A stretch of DNA of 56,486 nucleotides, the filler included, from Jimgerdemannia flammicorona (lineage: Eukaryota), in assembly GCA_003990765.1 (NCBI GenBank). It is 3 parts of 3 records of this genome, joined end to end, with 100 filler letters (N's around TTAATTAATTAA, not from the genome) between each part and the next. Parts side by side here need not be neighbours in the genome. Positions count along the whole stretch, not along the records: positions 1 to 18,768 come from RBNJ01002119.1; 2 more parts are not named here. One strand, given 5' to 3'. The position numbers and the translations under genes were made by a program. Below the pieces are notes generated by a model, which saw only the letters and a list, made by a program, of their open reading frames with translations, did no database searches and was not told where the DNA came from. This document shows, piece after piece, positions 1-11,910 of the stretch (position 1 is its first letter; every line of letters begins with the position of its first letter).

Positions 1-1058
1 CCCCCCCCTTAGCTCCCTTGGGCCATTGACGTTTGAACCTCGTGATTAGGCCGCAGCAGTACCCTAAATTGTGTCATTTGACCCCTCAGCACTACAAGGG
101 AGTGGCGAAGAGCATGAGTTGAATTCCTAATCTCGCCGTTTTCCGCGAGGTGGCCCAAGATGGATAAGACAGAGCAAAGACTCCCCGTCGATCAATTCTC
201 CCTTTGTGCTTTGTCATGGTACAAAAATTTCGCCCCGAAATGTCATCGCTCGGAGGTGCAGCGAGGTGGGAAGGGTACGATCAAAATATTGGCTATATGC
301 CATATGGGGAGGAAGCGAGATAGCAAGGGAAGAAGCATTCTTCCTTTATTTAATTCGTCAACTAAAACAACTTTATTATATGGTGCATCACACAAGGTTA
401 CCCACATCCATTGCAACGGCTATCAAAGCGTACTGGTGCCCACAAAGATTGCCGGGCTTTAGCATCGTCCTCATCAGTGTGCGCGCTGTGCGATGCCGTA
501 ATGGGATCGTATATAGGAAGATGTCAGTGCTTTTAGAACCACACTCTTCGCTGATCGAGTGGCATGAAATATTTACCCGAGGGGGCTCAGCCCATCAGCA
601 ATAGAGCAACCGAGCGACAAGCAAGTGGGTCCATACCAAAACGGGAAACCCATCGATTATTAAAGCAATCCGCGTCTTGAGGACGGACTCGTCAGCCCGA
701 GACGGGCTAAGGAAAACGGAACAGCTCCGACAGGGGAGGGTACTTGTCTGCGTTTGAAGGGCGTCTATAGTTGGATCGAACATGCGGTGTGGAAATTAGT
801 TACGTAAGTCGATGGAAACACGGAGTTCGAATTGTCTCGAGCTTGATGCCATCGTGACTTGTCGGAAAACCCAACCCGTCAGTGAATTTGCAATACACTT
901 CAAACCGGCTACATCTTTGTGGCTCACGTCGCTAACCCACTTCCGAAGTCATCGTGCCCTGTGAGGTGTTTGAGGCTTGCAATATATTTTGCTGACGTCA
1001 CTTCCGTGGATAACTGTCAAACGAGGCTGTGTAGTTCGCACACATCACCTTTCACGCA

Positions 1059-2120
1059 ATGGAGACCTTCCGCCCTTTAACACTATATGCCACATGCCTC
1101 CATACGCTTGTTCAATACTCCGATCAGGTCGCATCGCTCGACGGCGCCGGGTACGATCCCTACGGCCGCGACATTATTGACGCTACCCTCGCACATCCGC
1201 ACCTTATCACTCCGAACATCTTCGCTCTCCTCTACGTCCACTACGGGCCAGAAATACTCGCCCACCACCTCACGGCCTCCTCCCTCGTCCTCTCCAAACT
1301 TCGTCTCGACGATCACCAACTCGCCCGCCTCAACTCCATAGGCCCCTTCCTGACCCGCCTCAACCTCTCCGAATCAGACATCAGCGACGACAGCTTGCGA
1401 CACCTCAACACCCTGACCGCCCTCTCCGTCCTCGATCTAAGCCGCAACCGGATCACTGACCTCGGTGTCCTCTATATCGCCATCCCTGTCCTCTCCAATG
1501 CGTCCAACATCACGAGCACCCACCGTCGCACGACCAAGACCGTCTCCGCCGGCATGTCGCGGCTGCGCTTCCTCAGCCTCTCCGATAACCCCATGATCAC
1601 GCACCTCTCTCTCGTGGTACTAAAGTACTTTGACCAGCTGATGGCGCTAGACCTAAGCGTGACGGCAGTGGAAGTCCGCGACGCACTTACCTTGATGCAA
1701 GCCACAGACCCGTGCTGGAAGTCTCTGCCGGAGGACGCCTTCATCTTCCCCAGCAGTGCGGCCTCCGTCTGGTACACTCCGTGCTGCGTCGTCGCCGACT
1801 CCATTGGAGGCGAGCCCAACATCGCGGCGCAGTTGTGGCCTGCGCCTGAGGAACGGGATGGGCTCTTCCGATTCGTCGTCGGCCAGTCAGCTTCGCGTCA
1901 CGTGAGGAATGTATTTGGCGCCGATTTGCTTAGGATCGTTTTTGGCGACGTTGCGTCGTACGAGGCAATGGAGAAGGCGAGAGAAATTGCCAGGACCGAT
2001 CGACCGCCTGTAAGGTTGGTAAGGGATTCTGTCGCGCGGACGAAACTCCCTGTGATGCCTCAAAATCCAAAGCCAGTGCAAATCTTGGGGAAGCGACATC
2101 GCTCCGACACACTGACATAG
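1059..2120 (+). CDS. Leucine-rich-repeat (RNI-like) protein
   Basis: Uninterrupted 353-aa ORF with LRR units (LTRLNLSESDISDDSLRHL, LSVLDLSRNRITDLGV, LRFLSLSDNPMITHLSL, LMALDLSVTAV). Confidence 0.7.
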   Translation: METFRPLTLYATCLHTLVQYSDQVASLDGAGYDPYGRDIIDATLAHPHLITPNIFALLYVHYGPEILAHHLTASSLVLSKLRLDDHQLARLNSIGPFLTRLNLSESDISDDSLRHLNTLTALSVLDLSRNRITDLGVLYIAIPVLSNASNITSTHRRTTKTVSAGMSRLRFLSLSDNPMITHLSLVVLKYFDQLMALDLSVTAVEVRDALTLMQATDPCWKSLPEDAFIFPSSAASVWYTPCCVVADSIGGEPNIAAQLWPAPEERDGLFRFVVGQSASRHVRNVFGADLLRIVFGDVASYEAMEKAREIARTDRPPVRLVRDSVARTKLPVMPQNPKPVQILGKRHRSDTLT

Positions 2121-2240
2121 AACGATCTCCCAGTTTTCTGTAAATATTTTGTAACTCGCTCATGTAAAATATATTGGCATGTAAAATATATTAGCATGTA
2201 GATATATTAGAGCGTAGACACGATCCTAATATCTCCAGAG

Positions 2241-2274
<34 letters not shown>

Positions 2275-2735
2275 TAATAACTGTACCAGTTTGTAAGTAT
2301 TTGGTTTAAATAAATGAGAGATGTCTGAAAAGAAAAATAACAAGAAATGTCTGAAAAGAAAAAGAAGATTTAGATAAACATGAAATGTCCGAAAAGAAAG
2401 GAAGATTTGAATAACAAAATAAACAAGAGATGTCTAGAAAGAAAAGAAAAGAACCGCGCTCGAGACTCTTCGTATCATGATATGACTCAGTTAACAAGTT
2501 TTAGTAGAGAACCGAGCATTGGAAAGATTTCGCGTGGAAAATGATCCGGCCATTAATTTATTTTTTCAAAGGCCATTATCAAGCCGTGCTACATTAACTT
2601 TTTTTTTGGCAGCATTAGATGTATTAAATTACAATTGATGTATGAGGCTCTTATTGCCCCGCGGTCAAAGATGATGAGAAAAACAAACCCAAAAAACAAA
2701 ACAAAACAAAACAAAAAACTGGTATCTATTCTAGG

Positions 2736-5603
2736 TTACGACCTCTTGATAACAAGAGGGGGCGAGAGCCACTTGACCCAGTCCTTGGGCTTTTTGGCAT
2801 CACCGAACACCTTGAGGGCGCTCACGCTGATGTAGTAGACACCATTGGGAACGGGCACAGGGGCAATGCGACCCTTGGGAGTTACGTAGCCTGTCCAGGC
2901 CCAGGTGTAGTTCTGGGAAAGGCCCTGAATGTTGTCGATGGTGTTGCGGGCGAGGAAGTTGACTGGGCTGCCGTAGGTGGGATTGAAGGGCAAGGAACCG
3001 AGAACGGTCTTGGAGCGTGGGTTGATGATATCGAGCTTGACGTGCGCAGTACCGGTCAGGAGGCGGAGCACGACTTTGGGGTAGTCGGTGCCGGCCAGGG
3101 TGTAGGTAACCTTGGTCTTAGGCTTGACAAGGGAGCCGTCGGTGTTCTGGATCACGGGGTAGTCCTTGTCGAAGAGCGGCAGGTCGTGCATGTTGCCCAC
3201 CATGCCAATGTACGGCACGTGGATCGGCTTCTGGTCGGCGTCAAGCGGCTTCACAACCAAGTACCCGCCGTAGATCAGGTGGTCGGTGAGGTTGGCCTTA
3301 GGAGGGAAGACGCTCACCTGCACCTTGACGCTCTTGCCCGGCTTGAGCGTCACAAACTTTTCGGAGAACTTGACCTTCGCGGCCGCGGGGTCGTAGCTTC
3401 CGGGCTCGACGGGCGTGAAGCCCGACTTGGCCACGTCGTAGCCGGCACCGGCGGCGGAGGGAAGGTGGTCGAAGTGGAAGATCGTCTGCTTCTTTCCCCT
3501 GTTGGTGATCGTGATCGTCTTGGTCCGGACGTGGTGAGCGGTGTCGTTGAAGCTCAGCTCAGCGGGGCTAACGTGCGCGGTACCTTTGATGGCGTCGAGA
3601 ACTTGGATCAGACCGGCGCCCTGGTGGATCGGGTTGTCGGTGAAGTTGGTGCCGTAGATCAGCGCGGGCTTGGCGTAGTTCTGGAAGATCTCGGTCACCG
3701 TCTCGGGGTCGTGCTTCTGGCCACGGGCTTCAAGGAGCAGAGCAATCGAGCCAGCAATGTAGGGGGAGGCCATCGACGTGCCGGAGTAGGTGCCGTAGCC
3801 ACCAAGGTAACCAGGGAGGGTCGAGTAAACGTTGCCACCGATACCACCAAGGTTGGGCTTCAGCTGAAGCTCGTTAGTCGGACCCCAGCTGGAGAAGTCG
3901 GAGACGGTGCCGGCGGTGGGGATTGAGCCCAGGACGACGTCCTTGCCAAAGGTGATCTTGGGGCCCTTGCTGAGGGTGATGGAGATTTTGACACCATCAG
4001 CGTTGGCGATACAAACCACAGGGATTTTGATGGTGGCGTCGGTGGACACGGCGATCGGCGCTTGGCCGTCCTTGGTGTAGATGATCACACCGACAGCGCC
4101 GGCGTTCTGGGCGTTGGTCACCTTGGTGAGGAAAGCGCAGGTACCGCGTTTGATCAGGGCAATCTTGCCCTTGATGTCCTTAGTGATGGCGTTGCAACCG
4201 TCATCTTCAACGGCAGTGGTGTTGGAGACGGCGACGAGAGGAACGTCGGCCAGAGCAGGAGGATCGCCGTCCGTGAGATAACCAATAACTTCGCCAGGCA
4301 AAGTTGAGACGGTCAGAATGTTCATGACGAGGGCAAGGTTGTCGAAAGACGCGGCAGCAATCACGCGGCGACCGGTGCCAGGAGCGGAGGCGGCCAGGAT
4401 ACCGCCAGCGCCGTCGTTACCTTGAGCAATGACGACTGTTTGGTGGAAGGATAGAGGAAATGTTTAGATGATTGAAATTTAAAGAACAGGGATGCGTAGA
4501 TTTGGACGACGCCAAAGGAAAGTTTTACTTACGGCTCCTGCCAAGGCCGACGAGCTTATCGGCGAAGATGGATCCCGGATCCTCTTCCCAAGCACTGCCA
4601 CCACCAAGAGACAAGTTGATGACGTCCATGCCGGCCTTGTAGGCCATTTCCAAGGCCTTGATGATGATGTCGTTGGGAGTGGAGCCTTTGCAACCAAAGA
4701 CACGCCACATACCAAGAGTGGCTTGGGGAGCAACACCGAGGAACCCCTACGAGAATGTGGCATAGAAGTTTGTGTAAGTGACCGATTGCACAAGATATTT
4801 GTGACATGACAAAAATTTAAGATATGTACCTTGGCCGTGTCGTTACCAGCAATGATACCAGAGACGTGCGTGCCGTGGCCCTCACTGCCCTTGCCGCATT
4901 TGTCCAGCGGATCGTCATCGGGGTGCAGGGTGCTTGCGTGGACACCATCGAAAGCGTCACCAACAAGATCATAACCATACGCGACCTTGTGGCCAGGACC
5001 GAAAGCGCCACCAAGAGCGGGATGTGTGTAATCGATACCAGAGTCAATCACCCCGACCTTGATGCCCTTGCCATAGTAACCGAGGACACTGTGCACCTTG
5101 TTCACCTCGGTCAGGTTGTGAGCGAAGTACTATAATGTAGCCGCGATGATATTAGACTACTGTTTGCACTGCGACTGCAAGTCAACCACCGTAATGTATG
5201 AATGAAGTATGCGTACCAAATCGGGTTTGTTGTTGCGGGTCTCGACCTTGATGACCTCAGGACGCTTATAGTTGAAGATGGGCCAGACATTGGCGACATT
5301 GGGGTCGTTGATGATATCGTGCAGAGCATTCTCGGTCTGCACAGTAATAGAAATCCCACTGAAGACTTCGGTCTCGTACTTCTGGCGAACGGCCACGCTG
5401 TGTCCCTTGGCGCCCAGCGTGGACACGAAGCTCCTGTACCTACTGGTCTTGACCACGGTGTTGGTGTTCGTGAACTCGACGATGTATCCGCCGCGGAGGG
5501 GCTCGTCGTCGACCGAGCGTTTCGTGCGCGGATGGAATTTACCGGCTTCGACGAGGGTACTGCAGAGCAGACCCAGTGTAAGGAGTGATGCCGCGAATTT
5601 CAT
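2736..5603 (-). CDS. Secreted subtilisin-like S8 serine peptidase with prodomain, PA domain and Fn3-like C-terminal domain; 4 exons (5603-5217, 5129-4830, 4746-4533, 4435-2736)
   Basis: Signal peptide MKFAASLLTLGLLC; catalytic motifs VIDSGIDYTHP, GHGTHVSGII, SGTSMASP; PA domain KIALIKRGTC; three GT-AG introns join the ORF pieces in frame. Confidence 0.95.
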
Positions 5604-7456
5604 TGTGAAGAGGTAGAAGAGGCAAAAGGGTCAATTGCTTTCTACCACAAGAATGAGTGTTGGTTGACTGAGGGAAAATCTGCTGGGTCTTGGATGGCCT
5701 TTTTATATTGTGGTCATGGCGCCTTGTCGTCCATTCGGGCAGGTCTAGATGTGGCGCGGCCCTTTAATTTGCGAAGCCCAAGAAACTTTGCTCGATATGG
5801 AACCTACGGCAGGGACCAAAGTGGTATGCACCCGGTTCAGAAGGAGACTGTCGTACTTGCATCGGCTACTTTTACTAGGAAAATTGACCCATTCCCCTTG
5901 CATAGCCGAACGTCGGAGTGGACAGCCGTCTACAGGCCGTGGGTGTGCATACAATTTTTCTAACAGTTATACGAGTTTGCAGAATTATTCATAAATGTTG
6001 GATGTTGGTAATAACTACAGATTGCAAGACGTCATTGCGCAATTCCGTGAATTTACGCATCCTACCACACTGGGCAGCAATTTCCGTTTAGGTGGACGCG
6101 TTCCGAAGGCCGAGGTCTGGTGGTGACACAAATTTCACTTCCTGCATCGACCGATATGCAGGAATGTTCTGCGGTTTCAAAGGAGAGACATGTGCCGAGG
6201 CGTTGAAGAACCCCCCGCGTATGCACCATCTCAAAGAATAAAGACTAGGTTGAAAATTTGCATGGAAACCTTTCAGAGAACATCCCCTAGAGTAAATCTT
6301 GACTACCTCGTCCCAAAATGCTCACATGCACCAACTCGAAAAAATCCCAAAGACGGAATCGACAAATCCGAAGCATTCAAAAACCGTGATCGGTTCAGGA
6401 TGCAGTTGCCTTTTTGGGGGCAATAATCCGTCAAGCCTGTAGGTAGGTAACACTGTAGGGTTTAATATGATATGAGTAATTAGGCGATCTTCCTTTTTGA
6501 CGGCACGACAATGATCAAAGAGACATACGCGCCGTATATATCAAGTTGTGCCGTCGGTACTCCCATACCCGGTCAACCGTTGGTTTTGTCTAGAATACAC
6601 GAAATATTCTCGATGGACCTTTCGGCGACAACGCAATTTCGAATAACATTTCTAATGTCATTGATTTATTGATGGCGACAAAATCCTTGTTCACGAGCAT
6701 ACATGGTTCTTTTACAACAACAAATTCAACATGCTGGTATAGGTTTTTATGACGGAGAGCCTGGGTATGTTTCAAGAACTGGGTTCCTTGGGTGCGGCAT
6801 TCGGGATTTATTTTTTTGCATGCGAAGTTACGTTACATGGCCTTGGAGATCTTTTGGCTCTGGACACTGGAGGATAATCACAGCGTGGGAATTCTGGAGA
6901 CACTCGCGTGTCAAATGCCAACCCTGAAGTTTGAGCACGCTTCCTGGATTTCCACATGCTGGCATTGAGTCGAGGCCGGTAAACATTGCGTCTACAGCAT
7001 TATAACCCGCCCCACCGCGGAACTTGCCGTCCGAAACCCATGAAGGAAAACTCGTAAATTTTCCTTGATTGGCTATCCCGCAATGGCCTCATGATGCGCG
7101 CACGTGACGCGCTTGTTCGTTATGCCGAGTCTCTACACCGGGATTGCTTCTCCGAATATAGATAATCTTTTGAACGGCTTCGCTTTTTGCGGTTGTGCTC
7201 AGCCCTGATGCTTTTGCATTGATATTGCCACTACCGCTATTGGCAACGGAATAAACCCTTGGTAATGTTACATAAGATTTATGCACTTTTTTTTTTGGCC
7301 TAACCGTCGTTTACCATAGTTGTCCAAATTTTTAATATAATAGTTATTCCTTAGTTTGTAGCATAGAAATCTATTGGCTGTGGTTTTGACGTCACCGCCA
7401 GGCACACTTTCCTTTTGCGTTTTTCGCGTTTTGTCACCTCAAACCTCAAACAAAAC

Positions 7457-8989
7457 ATGGAAGGTCAGTCACTTTTCTAGTTTTATGCGAATGTATTTAT
7501 TATATATGTGAGTGGTAAGTCTAGTGTTGAGTGAAGCATGTATGCAAGCACGGTATGTAAGCAGGGCAGAGTGAAGTACTTTGAGCAAGCCTGGTGCGTC
7601 GGACCTCCTCGACATCATAAATATTTTGGAGTTCACAAGCCTTGAAAGAGCCCTAGTTTGCCCAGTGCTCACCATTCCTTCGTGGAAGTGCACCTTTTGT
7701 CACCATCACATCACACTATCACCCTTCCTTCGTGGGAGCGCAATATATAAGTTTTGTCTTTGAATTATATAATCACAGGAACCTCGGCCCAAGTCCGTTA
7801 TCCTTGTTGTGGAAAATCGGACCATTCTGTCTTCTTTGGAGGCGATGTCAAAGGTTACAGATATACCGTGTTTGACGATTGGCTTCGGACCGTTTCTCCA
7901 GTTGATTTCGTTCATATTGTTAAAAAGCCGCAAAATGGGTAAGTACAAATGCTTATTTGTTTGTCTGCGGTTCGTTCAAACTTCAGCTAATGTTCATAAA
8001 AAAAATGTTAGGTACGGGCACGTCCATTTCGCTACTCATGATGAAGCAAGCCGCTTCTATTGTTTTACGTTAGAAAACAAAATCGTCGGGCCCGATGGCA
8101 GTTACGTCAAGTTCAAAGCTTCGCATTTCATTTCGGGAGAAAAGGTTGAATATGAAAGGGTAGGTTCCTTCGGCGAAATGTTTGGCAAGTGGATCAATGG
8201 AATATCTAATATATCTGATGCTCTGCCTTTAGCAGATTGAAACCTACCCAAACAAAAAACCGAGATCAGAGAATAATACGATGGTCGGTTATCCTTTTCT
8301 ATACTTACCTCGAAATCCAACTGCGTACCAATTTGTCACGTGCCTCACAGCTCGAAACCCAACCACGCACCAACTTGCCGCGTGCCTCTAGCTCGAAACC
8401 CAACTGCGCGTCATCTCGCCACCTGAAGAAACAATCGAGGTTGAATATGGTGTTTATGAAGACAGGTTTGTGGCCTTCCAATCTAGGCCATATCCTGATT
8501 TAGGAGATGGTTGAACAACGGCACAAATGCGAAATCCGGACCTATGCATGATTCTCACCAGCACATCTAATATTATATTTTTCTCCTTTCTATCAAAGCA
8601 AATTATACACTCTAGTCGTACGGACACCAGGTGTCAAAAGTGAAGATGAAATTGAACTCCTCATTGCCGATGAGAATGACGATCAGATAGTATCTGTCAG
8701 CGGGTGGTTAGGATACGGAGATATACCCCCAGGCAGATGTATTATAAATCAACTGCAGTCAGGGCCATTCCAGCTTGATATTAAGCTCCCGAGCAAGTAA
8801 GTTACGGAAGATATGAAAAGTTGGCTGCTTTTTAATTTATGATTATTTGCAACTGCTGATGTCTTTTTTAAATTAAATAGAATTGACATAGCATCCAATG
8901 CCAATGTCAAAGTGGAACATGGTGTGACGACCATAACCTTGCAGAAGATGCCAACTCAAACGAACAAAAAATTTCTCATCATTGGATAG
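7457..8989 (+). CDS. Multi-exon gene: N-terminal RRM fused to C-terminal HSP20/alpha-crystallin-like domain (copy A)
   Basis: Spliced translation gives RNP2-like HSVFFGG and RNP1-like NGYGHVHF (intron 7939-8011). It continues VYEDSKLYTLVVRTPGVKSEDEIELLIADENDDQIVSVSG...GPFQLDIKLPSK|IDIASNANVKVEHGVTTITLQK, matching the alpha-crystallin pattern. Stop at 8987-8989. First exon and linker exons are uncertain. Confidence 0.7.
8309..8410 (+). repeat. 41-42 bp tandem repeat, about 2.5 copies
   Basis: CTCGAAA(T/C)CCAAC... units start at 8309, 8351 and 8392. Confidence 0.8.
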
Positions 8990-9180
8990 AAACGGAGCTA
9001 CGGAAAGCCTTGTACAAAGAGTAAAGAAATGCAGTTTCTCGGGCATACAGTGTTGATTCCGGCAGAGAGGTCTATGGAGGCAAGAGAATTGTTATTGTAA
9101 ATAGCAAATAAATCTTGTCATATGTCGAAAATCCCTCCGCGTCATTAGTGATTATGAACAAGCCTGCTTCTCCAACGGGA

Positions 9181-9515
9181 ATGTGGTTACCGGATGTGAA
9201 CAAGATAGTTACTAATGATATTGCGGCTGTGCTGGGGGCCTATGGTAAGTGAACTGAGGCCCTACCCACGAGGCTCTCCCACAAGCTAACATATTATCCG
9301 TTATATTTTCACTTCCATTCCAGATGTGGAAGCCGGGCGTGCTGCCCATATGAAAGAGATGCTGAGCGTGTTTGAAGTCTATGACATTGATGTTGATCTG
9401 CGACATTTGACACTCATTGCTGATTATATGGTTAGCACATATCGAATAACACGGTGAATCGTATGCGAGTTTGTACTGCTGCGATTGTAACCGTACGGGC
9501 ATCGAGGCCAGTGTG
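9181..9515 (+). pseudogene. RPA1: Isolated fragment of RNA polymerase I largest subunit (C-terminal region), with introns
   Basis: DVNKIVTNDIAAVLGAY|intron 9245-9323|DVEAGRAAHMKEMLSVFEVYDIDVDLRHLTLIADYM|GT...CNRTGIEASV matches the conserved NDI...YGVEAAR...VD.RHL.LIAD.M...FNR.G motif of RPA190-type subunits. No other part of the gene is present. Confidence 0.8.
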
Positions 9516-10068
9516 AGAAAAAGCCCAGAGCGAAGAAGTGAAAGTCGCGTCGTGACAAGACGGTCGGTTATGCCTCGGTCCATTTCGCTCATCTGTATGC
9601 GTCGTTAACGCCAACAAACATTGATATATCGAGTGTCACGAACATATGTTTGCACTCATCGATGCATGCATGCCCCCCGCCCGATGGAATAGTCATCTCA
9701 CATGTTTATGGGAAGCGAGGAATTATCAGAGGGATTACAATGGGTAAATAAATCGAGTCATAGTATTAAGGAAATTGTTGCTAGGGAATAGGGCTCGCAA
9801 GATTAAATTTAGGGTAGTGTGAAAACCAGCGACAATATAAACGTGCAGTGAATGCTAAAGTGATTAAACAAAATAGAGGCTGGTAGCCAAAAGTGACGAG
9901 GAAGTTTGAAGAATCTAACAAGGCAACCACATTATTACGGTGAATGGTGTAGCCATACACGGCTGAATTAATATAACCTTGATGGTCGTAAGTTAACATC
10001 ATCTTTCCAATATATGGTTCTATTTAAGTCGCATGTCAATACGTCATCACCAAAGGATCCAAGAAACT

Positions 10069-10699
10069 TCACCATCCCACGTCCTTCATCGCCGATCCAT
10101 GATGCCTCACACCATGTACCTCCATCGAATTGATAATCTTCCTAATCTCCTTCGAGAGCGTGACGTTGGCGGCGCCGATATTTTCTTCGAGATACTTAAT
10201 GATTTTCGTGCCGGAAGGAATGAAGTCCTGGCCCTGGGCCAGAACCCAGGCGAGGACGAGTCGCGAGGAGATGACGCCCTTGGGCCTTGGCGAGCTCCTC
10301 AATCCTTGCAGTAGGTGCCACCGGAAATCGCTCACGTCGAAGTCGTCGGCCGAATGATATCGTCCCGTTAAGATGCCGCGATGATGTTGTCGCCTGGGGG
10401 GAGAATGAAAGGGTGAGATGATTGTAATAGTTATGGCTCCTTGTCCATTTGCTATCTCAAAGTTCACCTCACGGGTACAATCTATAGCAACATATAGCCC
10501 TTCCACTTACCAAGGTCGCAAGCGGTCTCCAAAAGGTCATTTCCCTCAATATCGAGTATCCAGGAGTACTCGATCTGCAGGGTGGCGATCGGGTGGAAGG
10601 CGGCAAAGAGTGGCCGCCGAGCATTCACTCACACCGAGGTAGCGGGCTTTGTCCTCCTTGAAGGGCTCGGGTATGGCCCTGACGGCATCTTCAATGGGG
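10069..10699 (-). pseudogene. Aldo-keto reductase (AKR13-like) pseudogene, 5'-truncated, with frameshifts and deletions
   Basis: PIEDAVRAI...KARYLGVSECSAATL, HPIATLQIEYS, GILTGRYHSADDFDVSDFR and LAWVLAQGQDFIPSGTKIIKYLEENIGAANVTLS lie in different frames. Confidence 0.85.
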
Positions 10700-10744
10700 C
10701 TGCGGGATAGAATGATGGAAAAATGTGAGCATCTCCGAGAGGGA

Positions 10745-11025
10745 CCACCACCACGAAGGAGGGGAGTACCATCACCACGAAGGAAGGGAACCAGGGGCAC
10801 CACTACGAAGGAGGGGAGTACCATCACCACGAAGGAGGGCGGACCACCACCCACAAAGGCGGGGAAAAAAGAGCACCTCCACGAAGGAGGGCGGACCACC
10901 ACCCACAAAGGCGGGGAAAAAAGAGCACCTCCACGAAGGAGGGCGGACCACCACCCACAAAGGCGGGGAAATAAGAGCACCTCCACGAAGGAGGACGGAC
11001 CACCACCCACAAAGGCCACCACGAA
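10745..11025. repeat. GC-rich minisatellite: 52-bp unit x about 3.6, preceded by shorter units sharing a CACGAAGGA core
   Basis: CCACGAAGGAGGGCGGACCACCACCCACAAAGGCGGGGAAAAAAGAGCACCT units start at 10827, 10879, 10931 and 10983. Confidence 0.9.
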
Positions 11026-11910
11026 GAAAGGAAAGTCACCTTTAGGTGTGTGACGTAAAGGTGACCGCGTGATGTCATACAAATCTTCATGAGTTTTCAT
11101 TCGTGCGGCTTAGCAGAAGGGGTACTCAACCATCTGAAAATAAAAAAGATAAATGATATAAGGGTTTAATTATATCAAATAACAATAGATATTTTATCTC
11201 TGATATTATTCATTATTTTATAGATACAATGTTTTTGCGAAGACAAGTACCGGTTTAGTCGGTGACGTCACCCAAGAAATTATTCTCTACCGCAGCCCGC
11301 CTCTGTTTGCCGATCTGCGCCTTGGGTCTCTTCGGCCTGTTCCTGACGTTTTCGCACGAGTATAATCCGTCCATGTATATTCCAGTTGCACCATGAATCA
11401 ATTGCATGACAAATAACTTCAACGATGTGAACCCGACAACTGGAGCATTCAAGTTTTTCACAAGGACTAACATACAGTGATATTAAAACGTTCCGGTATG
11501 GAAAGGCCCCTATGTACTCTCGTGAAATACGGCGATGACATACAGGCCAAGAGCGCCTACTTGCAACGACATAATTTATGTTGCGATATTGCCTTGAGCT
11601 AATTACAAGTATTACTGCTCGAGATTTGATGGTCGATGGACATGGTTAGCATTTTGCAGACGTATGGAGAAGCGACGTCCAAGCGACCTTGAACTATTGT
11701 TCGGTGTAGATATTCGATGACGTCACGGCATCGAAAAAGGTGAGATTCTATTGTCCATACCTTTCCAATGAAGCTCTGAAACTGCATAATTTTTAACTCT
11801 CCTTCATACATAATAACTAGCTCGGCTGCCACCGTCATTTTATTACATCGCGTTCACCCATTCTCACACATCCTTGCAACTCCCTCCTCAATTCGTCCGT
11901 GGCGCCTTCA

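Noticed and set aside
160..783. Short ORFs at the window start (160-462, 206-604, 595-783)
   Set aside because: No recognisable motifs. A spliced minus-strand gene starting at 783 is possible but cannot be supported.
2160..2460. Short AT-rich repeats (CATGTAAAATATATT x3; GAAATGTCTGAAAAGAAA-like units)
   Set aside because: Ordinary low-complexity sequence between convergent 3' ends.
3042..5616. Long plus-strand ORFs opposite the subtilisin
   Set aside because: Antisense shadows caused by GC3-biased codon usage.
10745..11025. Possible CRISPR array or repeat-encoded proteins
   Set aside because: Units are head-to-tail with no unique spacers, the context is eukaryotic with no cas genes, and the ORFs are repeat artefacts.
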